DNA of 64,000 bases from the human T2T-CHM13v2.0 reference genome, Homo sapiens, in assembly GCF_009914755.1 (NCBI RefSeq), contig NC_060941.1; one strand, written 5' to 3'. This document shows, in pieces, positions 29,021 to 44,671 of this stretch. Both the position numbers and the translations under genes were made by a program. How positions within the stretch are numbered: the stretch's first letter is position 1; every line of letters begins with the position of its first letter. The notes beneath the pieces are model-generated. The model did no database searches. It saw only the letters and a program-made list of their open reading frames with translations, and was not told the origin of the DNA.

Positions 29021-29990
29021 AGCCAACTATGACTCCACCTACTCTAGGATCATCTGGACCACTTTTCCGTGATAAGCACAGGCTATTCATAGCTGAAATC
29101 AAGATATAGCAGCTTTGATATTTTCTTTATCTTCCAGTTGAATATCTGTACCAAAAAAAGAATTTATTGCCTCAAAAATAATACCTTCAAAGTCTGTCGG
29201 TTTCCTACTTTTCAAGGCACTTTCAAATATCTTGTCTCATAGTATCCTCATAAGACCCTGGTGGGGCAGATAAGAACAAAACCTGTAGAAGTTATTTGCC
29301 CAAGGAAAGCAAGACTAATTTTAGTTCGATGTTAAGAAGACCTTTCAAACAATTAGAACCAGCCCACTGTGGAATGGGCTGCCTCCTAGAATAGTAAACT
29401 GTGCCTCACTGAAAGAAAAGACTATATGATCATATTTGAAGGATTTAAAGGGGGAGCACCTGACATGGTGAAAGAGTCAAACGGCCTCACCTTTAAAATC
29501 CCTTCCAACGCTAACGTTCCTGTGTTCCCACTGGAACCAAACTAAATCAATCCATATCCATGTTGGGACTCATCGGCCAGGATCTCTCTTCCTTAAGGAT
29601 CTTTTGCCATTGTCATAATTGCCACTGCTTTTGAAGCAGCAAATTTATCTAAGTTTCTTTGTACAAAGAAAATGCAATGTCATGGATCTTAAGGATGCTT
29701 TTGTTTTTAAGGTACAAAGAAGTTTAAATAACTTGGCTGAGTCTCACGGACACTTCATAGTGAGGCAAGTTTCGAACTCATTTTGTCACTCCAGAGTCAG
29801 TGCCTGAAACAGCTCTACATGGTCTGCTGGCCCACACTCGCAAGCAGGAGCACATCAGAGGAGCTGATTTGGGTGTTTGAAGAGATGAGCGCTCTAACAG
29901 GACCTCAGAGAGAATCCTAGAGCAGGGATATGTCCCAAAGGACTTGCTGCTGGCTCAGTGGCCCAGGCGTCATGGCAGCCTCCCTTGTGA

Positions 29991-30323
<333 letters not shown>

Positions 30324-31193
30324 CTGTCTTTCTTTTTTGCGTTTTTTTTCATGGCCTGAGGGAAAGCCCCACTGACCCTGCCTTCAAACTCACCAGACTG
30401 TCCACTTTCCCTCCCTGAACCCCAGTCTCCCCATATGTAAAATAGGGAGATTAGAAATCCCTTCCATCTCTGGAGTTCTGTTCTTGTGAGGGGAAGACAA
30501 TGATATTTTGACATTTCCCCCAAAAGATAATCAGAAGCTCAGCAGATGCTCAAAAAGAGATGGACCCAGTCCCATGTATTTATTTTCAGGAACTCTTAAC
30601 TTTTTCTATGCAACTTCTCTTTTTGTGAAACCTGGCATTTCTGGACTCCCAAATTCCTGAGAGCCCTGCAGCTCCAGAGAAAAGAGGCCTGTGATGCACC
30701 CTCAGCCGGCAGAGGGGACAGCTATGGGACAGAAAGGCAATGAGAGGGAAGGAAGGTGATGAGGTGAGTTGTCAGGGATTGAAGACTCTGCTAGTTCAGA
30801 CAGCTTGTCCTCCTGGGAGGCAGGGGGCCATGGCAGGCCCTGAGCAGTTGTAGAGGAAGCCCAAGGCTGGGAGAGATAGCAGGCATGGGATCCACCTGGA
30901 GCCAGAAACTCAAGAGCCCAGGAGGGCAGGTTCAGGTGAGGCCACGCATAGGGCTCCATGAATATCTAGCTGGAAATGCTTGAGAGAGAAGAGAAGTGTT
31001 ACCAAATGGTAACAGTGGCCAAGAAGGACAAGACGAGACCCAACTTTTCACCCTAACCCTGACTCACCTCATCATGCCTTGTGGCAGGTCTGAAGGGCAA
31101 CATTCAGCCTTTCAAAGGCTGAAACAGATAAGGGAATTTTGCACTTAATTGAAGGAGAAAAAGGGAACTTAAAGACTTTCAAAACCATCTGGG

Positions 31194-31320
31194 AGCTGAG
31201 CACAATGGCTCACACCTATAATCTCAGCACTTTGGGAGGCTGAGGTGGGTGGATCACTTGAGCCCTGGAGTTCGAAACTAGCCTGAGCAACATAGTGAGA
31301 CCCCGTCTCTATTTTTTAAA
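31194..31320 (+). mobile_element. FLAM / Alu left monomer
   Basis: Single Alu monomer ending gagaccccgtctcta. Confidence 0.75.
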
Positions 31321-31827
31321 GGGAAAAGGAAAAAAAAAAAACATTTCGGTCCAAGGTTTAGTCAAGTCAGTAGAAACCCAGCCACCATCTGACATAAAGA
31401 TGGTGTCTTCAGAGTCTCAGAGTCTCTGGTCATCTCATAATATCAGATTCAGAAACAAAGAGAATTAATTTTGGACACCCCCTCACATGGCCCCGCCTGG
31501 AAGTTGAGAGTCTATGTATTGATTTGCTAGATATTAAAAAGTTAGAACAGTGGCACAATTGTATCAGCTTTATTGAGGTATTGAGGCATAAATTACATGC
31601 CTTAAAGTTCACCCATTGCAGGTGTACAATGTACAACTGGATGATTTTTAGTAAATAGACAGAGTTGTGTAACCATCACTATCATCCAACTGTAGAGCAT
31701 TTCCTTCACCCTTTTTGCAATAATTTCCTTCTCTCACTCCAAACCTCAGGCAGCCGCTGATCTGCTGGCTATCTCAGTTTGTCTTTTCTGGACATTTCAT
31801 ATCAATGGAATGACAACATATAATCTC

Positions 31828-32120
31828 TTTTTTGAGTCAGGGTTTCACTGTGTCACCCAGGCTGGAGTACAATGACATGATCTCAGCTGACTGCAACCTC
31901 CTCCTCCCAGGCTCAAACAATCATTCCACCTCAGCCCACCAAGTAGCTGGAATTACAGGCGCACTACACCACACCCATCTCATTTGTGTGTGTGTGTGTG
32001 TGTAGATATGGGGTTTTGCTATGTTGCCCAGGCTAGTCTCAAACTCCTGGGCTCAAGCTATCCATCTGCCTTGGCCTCCCAAAGTGCCGGGATTACAGAT
32101 GTGAGCCACTACACCCGGCC
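31828..32120 (-). mobile_element. Alu (J-type) nested in an old L1M fragment
   Basis: Antisense Alu with (TG)n in the linker; flanks share tgacaacata; surrounding sequence is L1MB/ME-like 3'UTR. Confidence 0.8.
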
Positions 32121-33277
32121 TGACAACATACAAACTCCCGTATCTGGCTTCTTTCACTTAGCATAATGTTTTTGAGGTTCGTCCATCCTGTAGCATGTTT
32201 GGTACTTCATTCCTTTATATTGCTGAAGAGTATTACACTCTACGAATTACCACATTTTGCTTATCCATTCACTGTTGATAGATATTTGGGTTGTTTCTAG
32301 CTTTTTGCTGTTATGAATACTGTTGCTATGAACAAGGGCTACGAACAGGTAGATATTGTGCTACGCACAAGTCTTTGTGTAAACATGTATTCTTATTTAT
32401 CCTGTGTAAATTCCTAGGAGGGGAGTTGCTGAATCATATGGTATGCTTTATTACTTTTTAAGAAATATAAGTCCTTTTTAATAGTACCAGAAGTAAGCTT
32501 AAAGCTGAGTTTATTTTATTGTTACTGGTAAAAAGAGTCCCAAAAGGATTAAATGGATTGAATGTGATCCATTCATTCACAGATTCATTTGTGTTTTATA
32601 AATAGTTTTTGAGGGCCTGTATGTGCCTAGAGTGTGCTAAGTTCTGGAGATTAAACAATGAATAAGATATAGCCCTACCTTCATGAACCCTATGAAGATA
32701 TATACTGAAGATATATACAACATATGTCACAGGAAGTTCAAGTGGAGTACTAGCTCAGCTGAGGGAGCCTCTGCTCACTCACCCCAGTGTTGGGGGATCC
32801 AGGAACACTTAGTAGGTGAAGTCAAATGTGAGTCCTGAGGAATTAGTGGCCATTAGCCAGGCAAAGATTAAAGAGGAACATCATCCAGGTCGACTTGAAG
32901 AGTTGGGGGATGATTGGGGGAGGATCAGGGACAAGCTCAGTCCTAGTGTGTCTGGCAGATGAACGGAGCTCTATATGGCTGGACTGCAGAGGTTTGCAGC
33001 TTCAGAGGAGGGGAACAGTGAGAAACAGAGCTGGAGGAGCAAGCAGACCCAGAAGAAGAACCTGTCAGGGAGCCTCTGATGCCCTGTATGGAGGGAGCAC
33101 TGTGATGAGCTTGCCCGCTAGAGAGTCCTCCCCACAGTGCTGTGGGGAGCGGGAAAAAGGGGCAGGGCTCTTGGCTTTCTTTTCAGAAGCTATGCCAGAT
33201 CTCACATGGCCTTGAGCCTTAGTCCTATCTCACTGGGCCCCCAAGAATGATGACCTATGCCCTCCCGTGTTTGGCAG

Positions 33278-33434
33278 GTGCTACATCACCCTCACCCAGT
33301 CCCTGCACCTGACCATGAGTGGGGCTCCCGCAGGACCTGCAGGCACAGGCAAGACCGAGACCACCAAGGACCTGGGCCGCGCACTGGGCATCCTGGTCTA
33401 TGTGTTCAACTGCTCGGAGCAGATGGATTACAAG
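33278..33434 (+). CDS. DNAH9: DNAH9 coding exon (157 nt; AAA1 Walker A / P1 loop)
   Basis: ttggcag|G ... AAG|gtacag. Encodes [52 protein letters not shown]. Confidence 0.97.
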
Positions 33435-34195
33435 GTACAGTTCCACCCGGCTTCCTGGGGGTGGGGGTGGGGGATAGGAACTCAGGGCACCAAATCAAGG
33501 CTAAGACGCATCCGTGCCACCCTGACCCAGCTTCCCCAGGTCTCGGAGCCCAGATCAGGAGGTCTCAGTTTGCTCCTTCATGGTAAAGTTGGACGTTTGA
33601 ACCCTGGAGTTTTTTGGCCTCCCTATAAGGCTTTCATGTGATGAGGAAGCACAGCCCTTTGTATTCTCATTCCACCAATGAGCTCTGACCACAGATGGCT
33701 GACTTCATCTTTTTGGATCTTTCTTTTATTACCTGCAAAATGAAGAAACTGAACATATATCCAAAGTCCTAATTTCCCTATTTGACCTAGAAACACAGAA
33801 AGGCTCACAAGTAGCCAAGATGAAGGCACTTGTCTTCACATAAAAGCTTGACGTATTTGTGCTCTTCTGTAGAAGTGGACATTCCCCAGAATATCAACAG
33901 GGGCAGAATATTCTGCAAGGGCAGGCGTGATTTCTGAAAGCAGGCTAATCAACCCCGACTCAGAGCACAGACGCCCACAGAAGACAAGTGCAAAGCTAAT
34001 ATTCATTCAGGCACGTACAATTTTTTAAGAACCAATGTGTTCCAGGTTCTGAGTCACCGAGAAAAGCCAGAGAAACAAAAGGCCCATGAGGTCACTTCTT
34101 TAGCTAGAAATATTCTGCTCACAACTGAACCTTATATAGCTTCTTTTTTTCTTTTTTTTCTTTGTGAGAACTATTTTCCAATTTTTCTTTTTTTT

Positions 34196-34367
34196 TCTTT
34201 TTTTAATTATACTTTAAGTTCTAGGGTACATGTGCACAACGTGCAGGTTTGTTACATATGTATACATGTGCCATGTTGGTGTGCTGCACCCATTAACTCA
34301 TCATTTATATTAGTTGTATCTCCTAATGCTATCCCTCCCCGCTTCCCCCACCCCACGACAGGCCCTG
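34196..34367 (-). mobile_element. L1PA 3' end (short, 5'-truncated)
   Basis: ttatactttaagttctagggtacatgtgcacaacgtgcaggtttgttac... is the antisense L1PA terminus. Confidence 0.9.
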
Positions 34368-37300
34368 GTAAAACAAAAATGTAATAACAGATTATCTCCC
34401 TCTCTCGTTATTTTTGTTATATTGTATGTGTTTTTGTAAACTGCCTTAAGTCCCTTTTGTCAGCAGGATGACATGCAAATAAATTTGCAGTGAAAAAAAG
34501 TTGCATTAAATAGATTAAACATTTATATATAAAAGTCATGTGCTATATTGACTGTAAAATAAATTTAATGTAGTTATAATTTTAGAAATAATGCTTGCCG
34601 TTACCACGTATAGCACTCTGTAAATGAGATTCATCCTCTATAATTTAATCATTTCTGTAGCATGATTTTGTTGTGTAGAGTTGCAGCGTCCTGTAGCACC
34701 ATGTTTTCTCGTGTTAAGTAAACAAAGCAAGGATCTAGACCCAAAAAACTTGTCTTCCACGTGGTCTTCATCCCCTAAATTTTAGCACAGTTGCTTTTAT
34801 TGATGAACACATTAAGATAATGTTTCTCTTTAAGTCAGGCTGGAACAGAAAGGTGGAGTTTTCTCCCCCCTTTATAGAAATGACCTCAGCCTTAGGGATA
34901 ATTTTATGTTCTAGATTTTTCTATAGTTGAGCAATGGCAGCAGCACTGCCAAAGTAAGTAGAGTCTCCCAAAGGGAACAACATTGTGAAAGAAACACTCA
35001 TTTGGATGTAGAAGACGTGGTGTATTGATTGAAGAAAATCAGCCAGATTTCTTCAAAGTCATACCTAGAATAGCAAGCAGGAAATGGTGAGTTGGCTAGG
35101 GCTCACTATGGCCGTTTTACTCAATTCTATCAAAACCAATCACTGAACCCTAACCCCACCAATTTTGTTAAAAGTACAGGGTGAACGGGGGAGTCTATCT
35201 TTGTTTTTTTTGTTTGTTTTTTTGTTTTGTTTTTTGTTTTTGTTTTTGTTTGTTTGTTTTTCAACTATAGGCTAAGCTTCCATGGAATACAGGCTAGACA
35301 CAGGTTAGAACATCATAAATAAGCATAGCCACAGTGAAATATGCCAGAAGGGAGGTGCTCCCTTCCTGGACACCAAATATCCCAGGTAACCAAACAGCCC
35401 CACTAAGCTGTTTGCAAACTTCCTCTACCTTTGTTTTCTGGCTGTTCAGAATTATTTTTTATGGTAAAACACTCGCAATCCAATTAATTTATTGAGTATT
35501 GCCTTTCCTCAGCATGTGCTGAGCATTGTGCAGGATGCCAAAAACAGATCATATGGGGAGAGAGAGGGAGAGAGAGAGAGAGAGATGGATGGAGGATAGA
35601 TGGTAGATGGATTTTAGGTAGATAAATGATAGATGAATGATTGATGAGAGAGAGAAAGAGAGAGATAGTATAACCCGATTTTATTTGGAGGGACAAAGGA
35701 TATATGATATCATCAGGGGAGCTAGTTAACACTCAGATAGCATAACCCTGGGTGCTCATGTGCCCTACAAACTTTAGGCCCTGGAATATTCCAGAGTAGG
35801 GGGAGAGCCACAGAGTGGGCTGGTCAGGAAAGACATGTGGAGGACGTGATACCCAACCAAGGCTCAGTTTTGGGGTTGGTGACAGAGAGAGCATGTGGCA
35901 TTTTCACACATTCTAACCCATTAGAATGTCAGCTTTAAAGCCATGACCAAGTTCTATGTGTGGCCAATATCTGTCCCCAGCCCTCATTCTGACTTCACCC
36001 CATGAGCCCTCCTCACAGGACCCGGCTGGGAGAGGAGAAAAAGGGTGCGAGGTCAGGAAGAGCTGCTGTGCACTTCTCCAGGGGAGATTTCGATGTGTCA
36101 TTCATGACACTCACAGCAATATACTCTGTTCAGGTCTGTCCATAGTGAAAGCTAGAAATAAATGCGGAACAAGGGCTAAGCTACCTTACAGAGGATCAAA
36201 AACAGGAGATAAGGAGGGGAAGGACTGAAAGCCACTGAAAGCATCTCACCTTGAAGTGGGGGATGCAGAAAGGAACTGCAGGCTTCGGAACTGGAGCAAA
36301 AGCATAAAGATTGGAAGTCAGACGAAATGAGAAAGGAAGAGACTGGAAGCAGGAATAGGTTTTGGTGAGAGCATCTCAGTCATTCAAACCAGAGGGAATG
36401 AGGAACCAGCTGATGTGGTAATAGACATGGAAAAGCATAAGAGGCTTAAAATATAACAAGGTAAGTGATATCTCGGGAATATGGGCAGGCAGTCAGTGGT
36501 GAAGCAAAGGGAGAGGTTGAAGAGGAGAGTCTAGGCTGTGGTCAAGCGCCCTTGCTATCCCCTCTGCCTTAGAAATCCTATAAGCCGCATCACCTCAGTT
36601 AGCTCATGAGGACTGGGTGTGCATTGAGCTGGGGAGGACAGGAGAACAGCGCAAAGACTTGAAGCAAAGGTAAAGTGATTGCTTTACTCTCTTATCCTGG
36701 ATGGAAAACCTATAAAACCAGCCACTTTCTCTGAAAATGACTGCAGTTTCAGTGCTGAAACATCCTTTATATTATAGCTGTAATACTTTCCCCTCTTGAC
36801 CTCAATTTGGAGATGCTATTGCAGGGACATCAAATGGTTCCAAACCTGAAAGTGTTTGGAATTATTTCCAACCCTCTCTGTAGCAGCCATATTGTGGATA
36901 CTACACTTTTCCTTGAGACCCTACTCCCTTCACTTCGGAAATGCTATACTTGCACAGTCCTACTCCTGAGTCTCTGGTCTCCTGGCTCCTCGGTCTCATT
37001 TGCTGATCCTCTTTTATAATTTCCAGTGTGATGTGTATACCTATGTCTCCTTTATGAAGCCATGTCTATTCTCCAGCTTCACCGGAGTCCTAGTCCCGTC
37101 TCTCTCTAATGGGGCAGTGGGCATCTCTTGAATGCCCTTCTCTTGCATTGTGGTTAGCACTCTTCCTTTCTCCCTGCCAGATTCCCCACCATCAGGAAGG
37201 ATCATCTCATTTTCCCTGAGATCCTGGTGGAAAACTTCAGGAACCTGGGTTACTTCATGTCCTTCCTTCCCTACCTCTAATCGGTCACCAGTGTCGATTG

Positions 37301-37603
37301 TTCAGCACCCTTCTCACTTCCAGGCCTTTGCCCTATTCTTGCCATTCGCCTAGTCCCAAAGCTCACCATCCCACAGCAAGATAATGCCCCAGCCTCGCTG
37401 ACAGGACCAGGAGATATGTGGTGAGCTAAACACATGGGTTACTTTAGGGTCCTGGGGTTCAGCCACAGGCCCTGGGGTGGGGGGGAGAAACATAGGGGTG
37501 ACAAGCATCCACCTATGGAAACTCCACTTCCTTTATTTTATGTTTTGAGTTTTCATTTTATAAAAAGGGTCTGCAGTTTGAAAAGCTTTCAAAATCACTG
37601 TAA

Positions 37604-37918
<315 letters not shown>

Positions 37919-37939
37919 TTGTTAAAAATTGAATTTTTA

Positions 37940-38575
37940 AAACATCTTTTTTATTGATACATCATAACTGTACATATTAATGGGGTACATGTTATATTTT
38001 GATGCACATATTATCAATAATATTTATCAATAATATCAATAATAATTATGAATATCATTATACATTGTAGTATAATGATCGAATCAGGGTAATTAGTATA
38101 ACCATCATCCCAAAGATTTATTGTTTCTTTGTGTTGGGAACATTCCAAATCTCCTCTTCAGCTATTTTGAAATATAAAATAAATGATTAGTAATCATAGT
38201 CCCCTATTGTGCTGTTGAACACTATAACTTATTTCTTATGTCTAGCTGTATGTTTGTACCCATTAACCAACTTCTCTTCATTTTCTCCTTCCCAGCCTCT
38301 GGTAACCATCATTCTACTGTCTACCTCCATGAGATCAACTTTTTTAGCTCTCACATATGAATGACAGCATGTGATATTTGTCTTTCTGTGCCTGGCTTCT
38401 TTCACTTAAGATAATATCCTCCAGGTCCATCCCTGTTGCTGCAAATGACAGGATTTCATTCTTTTCAATGGCTGAACAATATTGCTTTGTGTGTATATAC
38501 TACATTTTCTTTATGCATTCATCCATTGATGGACACTTAGGTTGATTCCATATCTTAACTATTGTGAATAAACAT
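37940..38575 (-). mobile_element. L1MA-type 3' fragment
   Basis: Antisense L1MA 3'UTR (tttgtacccattaaccaac...ctctggtaaccatcattctac...gagatcaacttttttagctc). Confidence 0.8.
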
Positions 38576-38652
38576 GGATGTTGATTTCTGAATTTCCACT
38601 TAGTATTTGTGACACTTGGATTGTTTTGCAAATGAAATGGAATAATGTAAGG

Positions 38653-39171
38653 CAGTGGTCCCCAACCTTTTTGGCATGAGGGACCAGTTTCATGGAAGAC
38701 TATTTTTCCATGGACTGTGGTAGTGGGGGATGGTCTTGGGATGATTCAAGCACATTACATTTATTGTACACTTTATTTCTATTATTATTACATTGTAATA
38801 TACAATGAAATAATTATACAACTCACCATCATGTAGAATCAGTGGGGGCCCTGGTCTTCTCTTCCTTCAACTAGTTGGTTCCAACTGGGGGTGATGGGAG
38901 ACAGTGACAGATCATCAGGCATTAGATTCTCATAAGGATCACCCAGCCTAGATCCCTCACATGTGCAATTCACAATGGGGTTCATGCTCTCATGAGAATC
39001 CAGTGCTGCCACTGATCTGACAGGAGACAGAGCTCAGGCAATAATGCAGGTGATGGGAAGCAGCTGTCAATACAGATGAAGCTTTGCTTACTCACCTGCT
39101 GCTCACCTCCTGCTGTGCGGCCTGGTTCCTTAACAGACCATGGACAGTTGCCCAGAGGCTGGGGACCCCTG
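38653..39171. mobile_element. MER1A-like hAT-Charlie DNA transposon, apparently complete
   Basis: TIRs cagtggtccccaacc / ggctggggacccctg; 8-bp TSD atgtaagg / atttaagg; about 519 bp. Confidence 0.85.
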
Positions 39172-39532
39172 ATTTAAGGTACACAAACACAACGCCTGGA
39201 ACTTCCATCACCTCCTCAGACAGGATGTCCCTGACAGCTCAATCTGAAGTCTCCATGTCACCCTCATTTTAAGACTCCAGTGGGACTTTATCACTGTCTG
39301 ATTTGTTATTGCTCATTGTCTGTTTTCCTTATGGGAATATGAGACCCATGAGAATAGAGGCATCGTCTATCTTGTTCACAGCTGATTCTTCATGACCTAG
39401 AACAATCTCTGGCACATAGTATATGCTCAATAAATATTTGTTGATATGAAAGTAAAAAGAAATCTCTTAATTCCAGAAGCTCAGTGAAAGGTGGGTTTTA
39501 TTTTTCCCTTCTCCTTCAAAGTCTGCCCTACA

Positions 39533-39873
<341 letters not shown>

Positions 39874-40712
39874 TTAGACCAATCCTCTCATAACAATGCT
39901 CTGCTCATGTTCTCTGCTGCAAACCTCCAAAGATCCCTCATAGTAATTCAAGGCTTTTTACAACCATGACTTTATTTAGTAATTCAACTTTCCAATCAAA
40001 ATGGCTCTGTCATTTTTCTCTGCACATATCATTATTCTGCTTGTATTTCTTCCATAATCTTCCTCCTCCTGGAAAGCCTTACCCCTTCCATTCTATCTAT
40101 ACAGATACTCCTATCCTATAAAGCCATCATTTCTTGTGTGTGTCCTAAAGCATGTAGTTTTCTGTGAGATCCCCATATCTTCTGACTCTAATCTTGTGAT
40201 CTTTACACTATACCAATAATTGCCAGAGTGCATTCTGAGAAAATCAGGGGTTACGTGAAGGAAAAATAATCCTAGCCATGTAATGCAGTGAAACTAATGT
40301 TTTTGTTATAGGACTTCTCAGGGCCCTTAAACGCTAATACAAATTGTAAGTAGGCCAAAACGGGTTGAAGAATGTGTTTCCCAAATTTGCTTGACCAAAA
40401 AGCCCTTTCTTCGAAGAGCATCTTTCAGGCCTGTGGTTCCGCGGAATAAACTTTGTGAAGTACTGTTGTGCTGCCATCTGACTTTCACCTCTTTGGCAAA
40501 ACTGATCACTCAGGAGCACTCTGACCCTCTCTTCTGTGAATATGACATTTGTGGTCTATATTATTCAATGGAACCACTACTGATGCAGTAATTTTCCTGT
40601 TTTTATGTATATACCTTATCTCCTCAACCTGACCAAAAGTTCTTAGACTGAGCTCCCCTATGTCCAGCACATGATCGGTGCACAGAGCTGATAGTCAAAA
40701 AATGCCCACTGA

Positions 40713-41153
<441 letters not shown>

Positions 41154-41762
41154 TCATATTGAATGCCCAGGATGGTTTTTACTTTTAGGACAGAAATGCA
41201 TTATTCCCTTGTAAATTCCTTCCCTGCTCTCATTTGAAAAGATTTACCTTTAGTTTGTGTGTATGTGTTTTTGTTTTTTGGTTTTGGTTTTTGTTTTTTT
41301 AACAGATGTTATCACCCCCTGTCTTTGTCTCCAGCTCCCTCACCACTCTGGAAAACCTGGGTGGTTGGGCATAAATTTAAAGATACAGACGTAAATTTTT
41401 CCATCAGTGCATGACAAAGGCTGGGTGGAAGGCTTTTTGTCTGTATAGCATAAGAAAAATCATCTTTTATTCATTTCCTGGGATTTTGAAAGCTACAGAA
41501 TCAACAATAATGCAACCCTGATGACATTTTAAAGGGATTTTCATCCAAGTGTCTTGAAAAGGTTCTGTTTAATCCTGTGACTTCTGTTGACACCCCATAA
41601 CCATCAAACATTTAATTGTTCTTGAAATTTTAATACAAGTTTCTGACCAGTGGTCTTTAGGGGGACTAGAAGTATCTATAATAAAGGGGATGGAGAATGG
41701 CTTCAACATGTATTGATAAGCCTGGCCCGTTGGTAATTTAATCTTTGTGCATTTTCTTGCAG

Positions 41763-41867
41763 TCTTGTGGCAACATCTACAAAGGCCTTGCTCAGACTGG
41801 TGCCTGGGGCTGCTTTGATGAGTTTAATCGAATCTCCGTGGAGGTCTTGTCAGTGGTGGCAGTGCAG
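41763..41867 (+). CDS. DNAH9: DNAH9 coding exon (105 nt; AAA1 Walker B)
   Basis: ttcttgcag|TCT ... CAG|gtaagg. Encodes [35 protein letters not shown]. Confidence 0.97.
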
Positions 41868-44489
41868 GTAAGGGCCAGAAGTTGGTGGGAGCCTTGTGGT
41901 CTTCATATTGATTACTGCGGAAGTCTATGTCCTCTTGTTTTCTACCTCTCCTGAGCATCTACGTCCCTTTTTCCCTTGTCATTTCATGCCCCTTTCTCCA
42001 TCCTCTAAAATCAGGCTCCAGGGAAGCTGTCCTCCAAAATGGGTATCCTTCTGTTACCCACCAAAGTAGAACCATTTACTGGCTTTGGGACTCTGTTTCG
42101 TTCTCTGTAAAATGGAGAGAAAGAATATCTGTCCTGCCTGCTTCATCTGGGCGCAGAAACATGAAGATGGCAGAGCTCAGCTCCTCGGAAAGGCCATGTT
42201 CTTTGGTTATAAACCAAGGCTTAAATTTCAGTTATTTTATTTCCTATTGGAATCTTTGGGAAAGTTATTCCACCACGCTCAGCTTAATAAAGTGAGGAAT
42301 ATGGCATGAATCGTTTTTGAATGAAGTCGCTTCTGGGGTGAGATTTTATGTAAGCATGCCCCTTGTCTTTCAAGTCATCCAGAAAGCATTTATTAAACAC
42401 CTACAACCTAGTAAGTGTTATGCAAAAGACAGGTGAAGTTTCCCAGTTGAATGGAATGTGATCTCTGACCTAAAAAAAAAAAAAAAAAAAACTTGAGCTC
42501 TTGAGATAGACGTGAGTACTTTCAATGTTCTAGTGGTGACTTAAATTCTGACTGAGATGAGACTTCCAAATGCATTACATTGAAAAGATGGAGAGGATTT
42601 TGGATTTGGGTCAGGATCCCATGAACAATCGGAGCAGTAGGAGGGTGAAGGGGGGGAACGTTTGAATAAGCTTTTGTTGAAATTCTGTACCAGGCACTTT
42701 TCGTACATCATCTTTCACATCATGAAAGATCTTTCACGTCTTTCCACCATGGCCCTACAAGCCACTATTCTCCCCATTATGTATGTGGAAAAGCTGAACA
42801 TCACAGGAGAACTGTATCTTGTCCATGGGTAGACTTTTGGAAAGTGGTAAGGTTGGTATGTGCACCCTGTGCCCCCACCAACACTGTCCAGGTGCAGATG
42901 TGGGCACTGATGTGGTGTCTAGTGGGTAAAATGCCAGAGGAGAAAATAAGGCCAGAGAGACAAGTTCGAACCCAATAGTAGCAGGCGGAAATGCCTTCCT
43001 CAGCAGGCATCAGAGAACCCCCAGAGACATCTGGGAGGGAGATTGCCCCTCTATTTGCCAGCAATATGAAGGAGGGGCTGAGCAGTAGGAAAACTGGTGG
43101 CTGAGGGCAAGTCAAGAGTCTCTCCCAAGGATTCTTACTGCAGCTGCACAGGCTCCATTCCCCCCAGGAACCCCATCTCCAAGATAAAGCACATCGTTTG
43201 CCAGCTTCTATTCCACATGCCTCCCTGCAGGCTGAGCACCCCCCTTCTCCTGCTAGGGGCGGCTGGTTTCAGAACCCCCATCCTGCCCTTAACAGAGCAA
43301 AGCAATCACAAGGGCACCATGTGATGATCAAAGCTGTGGCGAGGTGCTTGGGACAATTATGTGCCTGGTACTCCTAGTGTGTGCCGCACACCATATAATC
43401 AAAAATGGTTTAATTTTGCTTGTGTTTGCTTTTATTTCCAAAGCAGTATGCGCACAGTACAGAAAAAGGAAAAATGTAGCTATGAGAGACTCTTTGGTCC
43501 CTACAGGTTTCTGTAATCCTTTCAGGTCCAGACAAAGGAATAAGGAAAGCGTTTAGCTTGACTGACATTTTTCTAAGGCAAGAGTGCGGGATTGAGGGGA
43601 GGGTGGCAGAAGGGGGGTGGGAGGAAACATCATGCAAAAGGTCATCCCTGGCGGGGAAAGATGACTGAGCCAGCATCATCCTTGTCCCCCTCTGCCCTGG
43701 CAGGAGCCAGCTTCCATCCACATAGGTCTCACATGTGGTCACCTCTCATCCCATACCTTTTCACAGGTAGGTGTGGACGTGGGGCTGTGGGTGGGGCACT
43801 GAAGCAAACGCAAAGCTGAACAGCAGTAGGGCTCAGACCATCCGCAAATCCATGCCACCTTCATCTCCAGCTGCCCTGAAAGCCACAGGCAGTCAAGACA
43901 CTCTGCTGGGTCCCTTCACTCACCACTGCTCCAAGGTGGCCTGTCTTTCCATCTCTTGTGTTTGACAGCCACTGACTCTTGTCCAAACTGTTCCTTGATG
44001 AAGCTCTGAAAGTTGCCAGAACGTGAGGCTCTTCCCTGGTTTCCAGTGGTGAAATATGGTTTTTCCCTTTTTTTGGGTTTGTTCTGTTCAGCAGCAGTTA
44101 GTAGAGGAAGGAAGACAAATGGCTAGCCTGGACACTCTTGGACTGAAACCCTTGACCAGCTTGGCTTGAAAGAGCTGGTTGTGTGCATGTCAGTGGCATT
44201 GCATGAGTGTAGCTTGAAATGGGCTATGGTGAGAGTCCTTCCATCATGAAAGCTGCCAAATTCTACAAATCAAGGGCGTTTTTGCTCTCCTGGAGAGCTG
44301 GTTGTTAAAAATTTACCAGCACACCTCTGCCTTGTAAGGATGTAAGCTGAGTGTTGCCAGATCTTTTACGTTTTAAAGAGAGACCGGACATCCAGATTTT
44401 TATAAGAAATCAAATATGTTTCCTGGCTGCTTTCACCTTTGGCTGGTCACTTCACAACCTGGAATAAGGAATAATGCCAGTGTTCAATG

Positions 44490-44670
44490 CTGTCTCAGCC
44501 ACTTACTAGCTGTGTGACCTTGAGCATATCCATGTCTCAAGGTCCACATCTGTAAAGGGAGTTAATAATAGCACCTCCTTGAGGCAGTTGTAATAATTTT
44601 TAAATGAGTTATATCTCTAAAGCACTGTTTTTTAAAGCCCTGCAGAGAATAGTCACTCAATAAATGCTTT
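44490..44670 (+). mobile_element. MIR SINE
   Basis: gccacttactagctgtgtgaccttgagca...catctgtaaa...taataatagcacctc...ttaaatgag...cactcaataaatg matches the MIR core and 3' end. Confidence 0.75.
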
Positions 44671-44671
44671 G

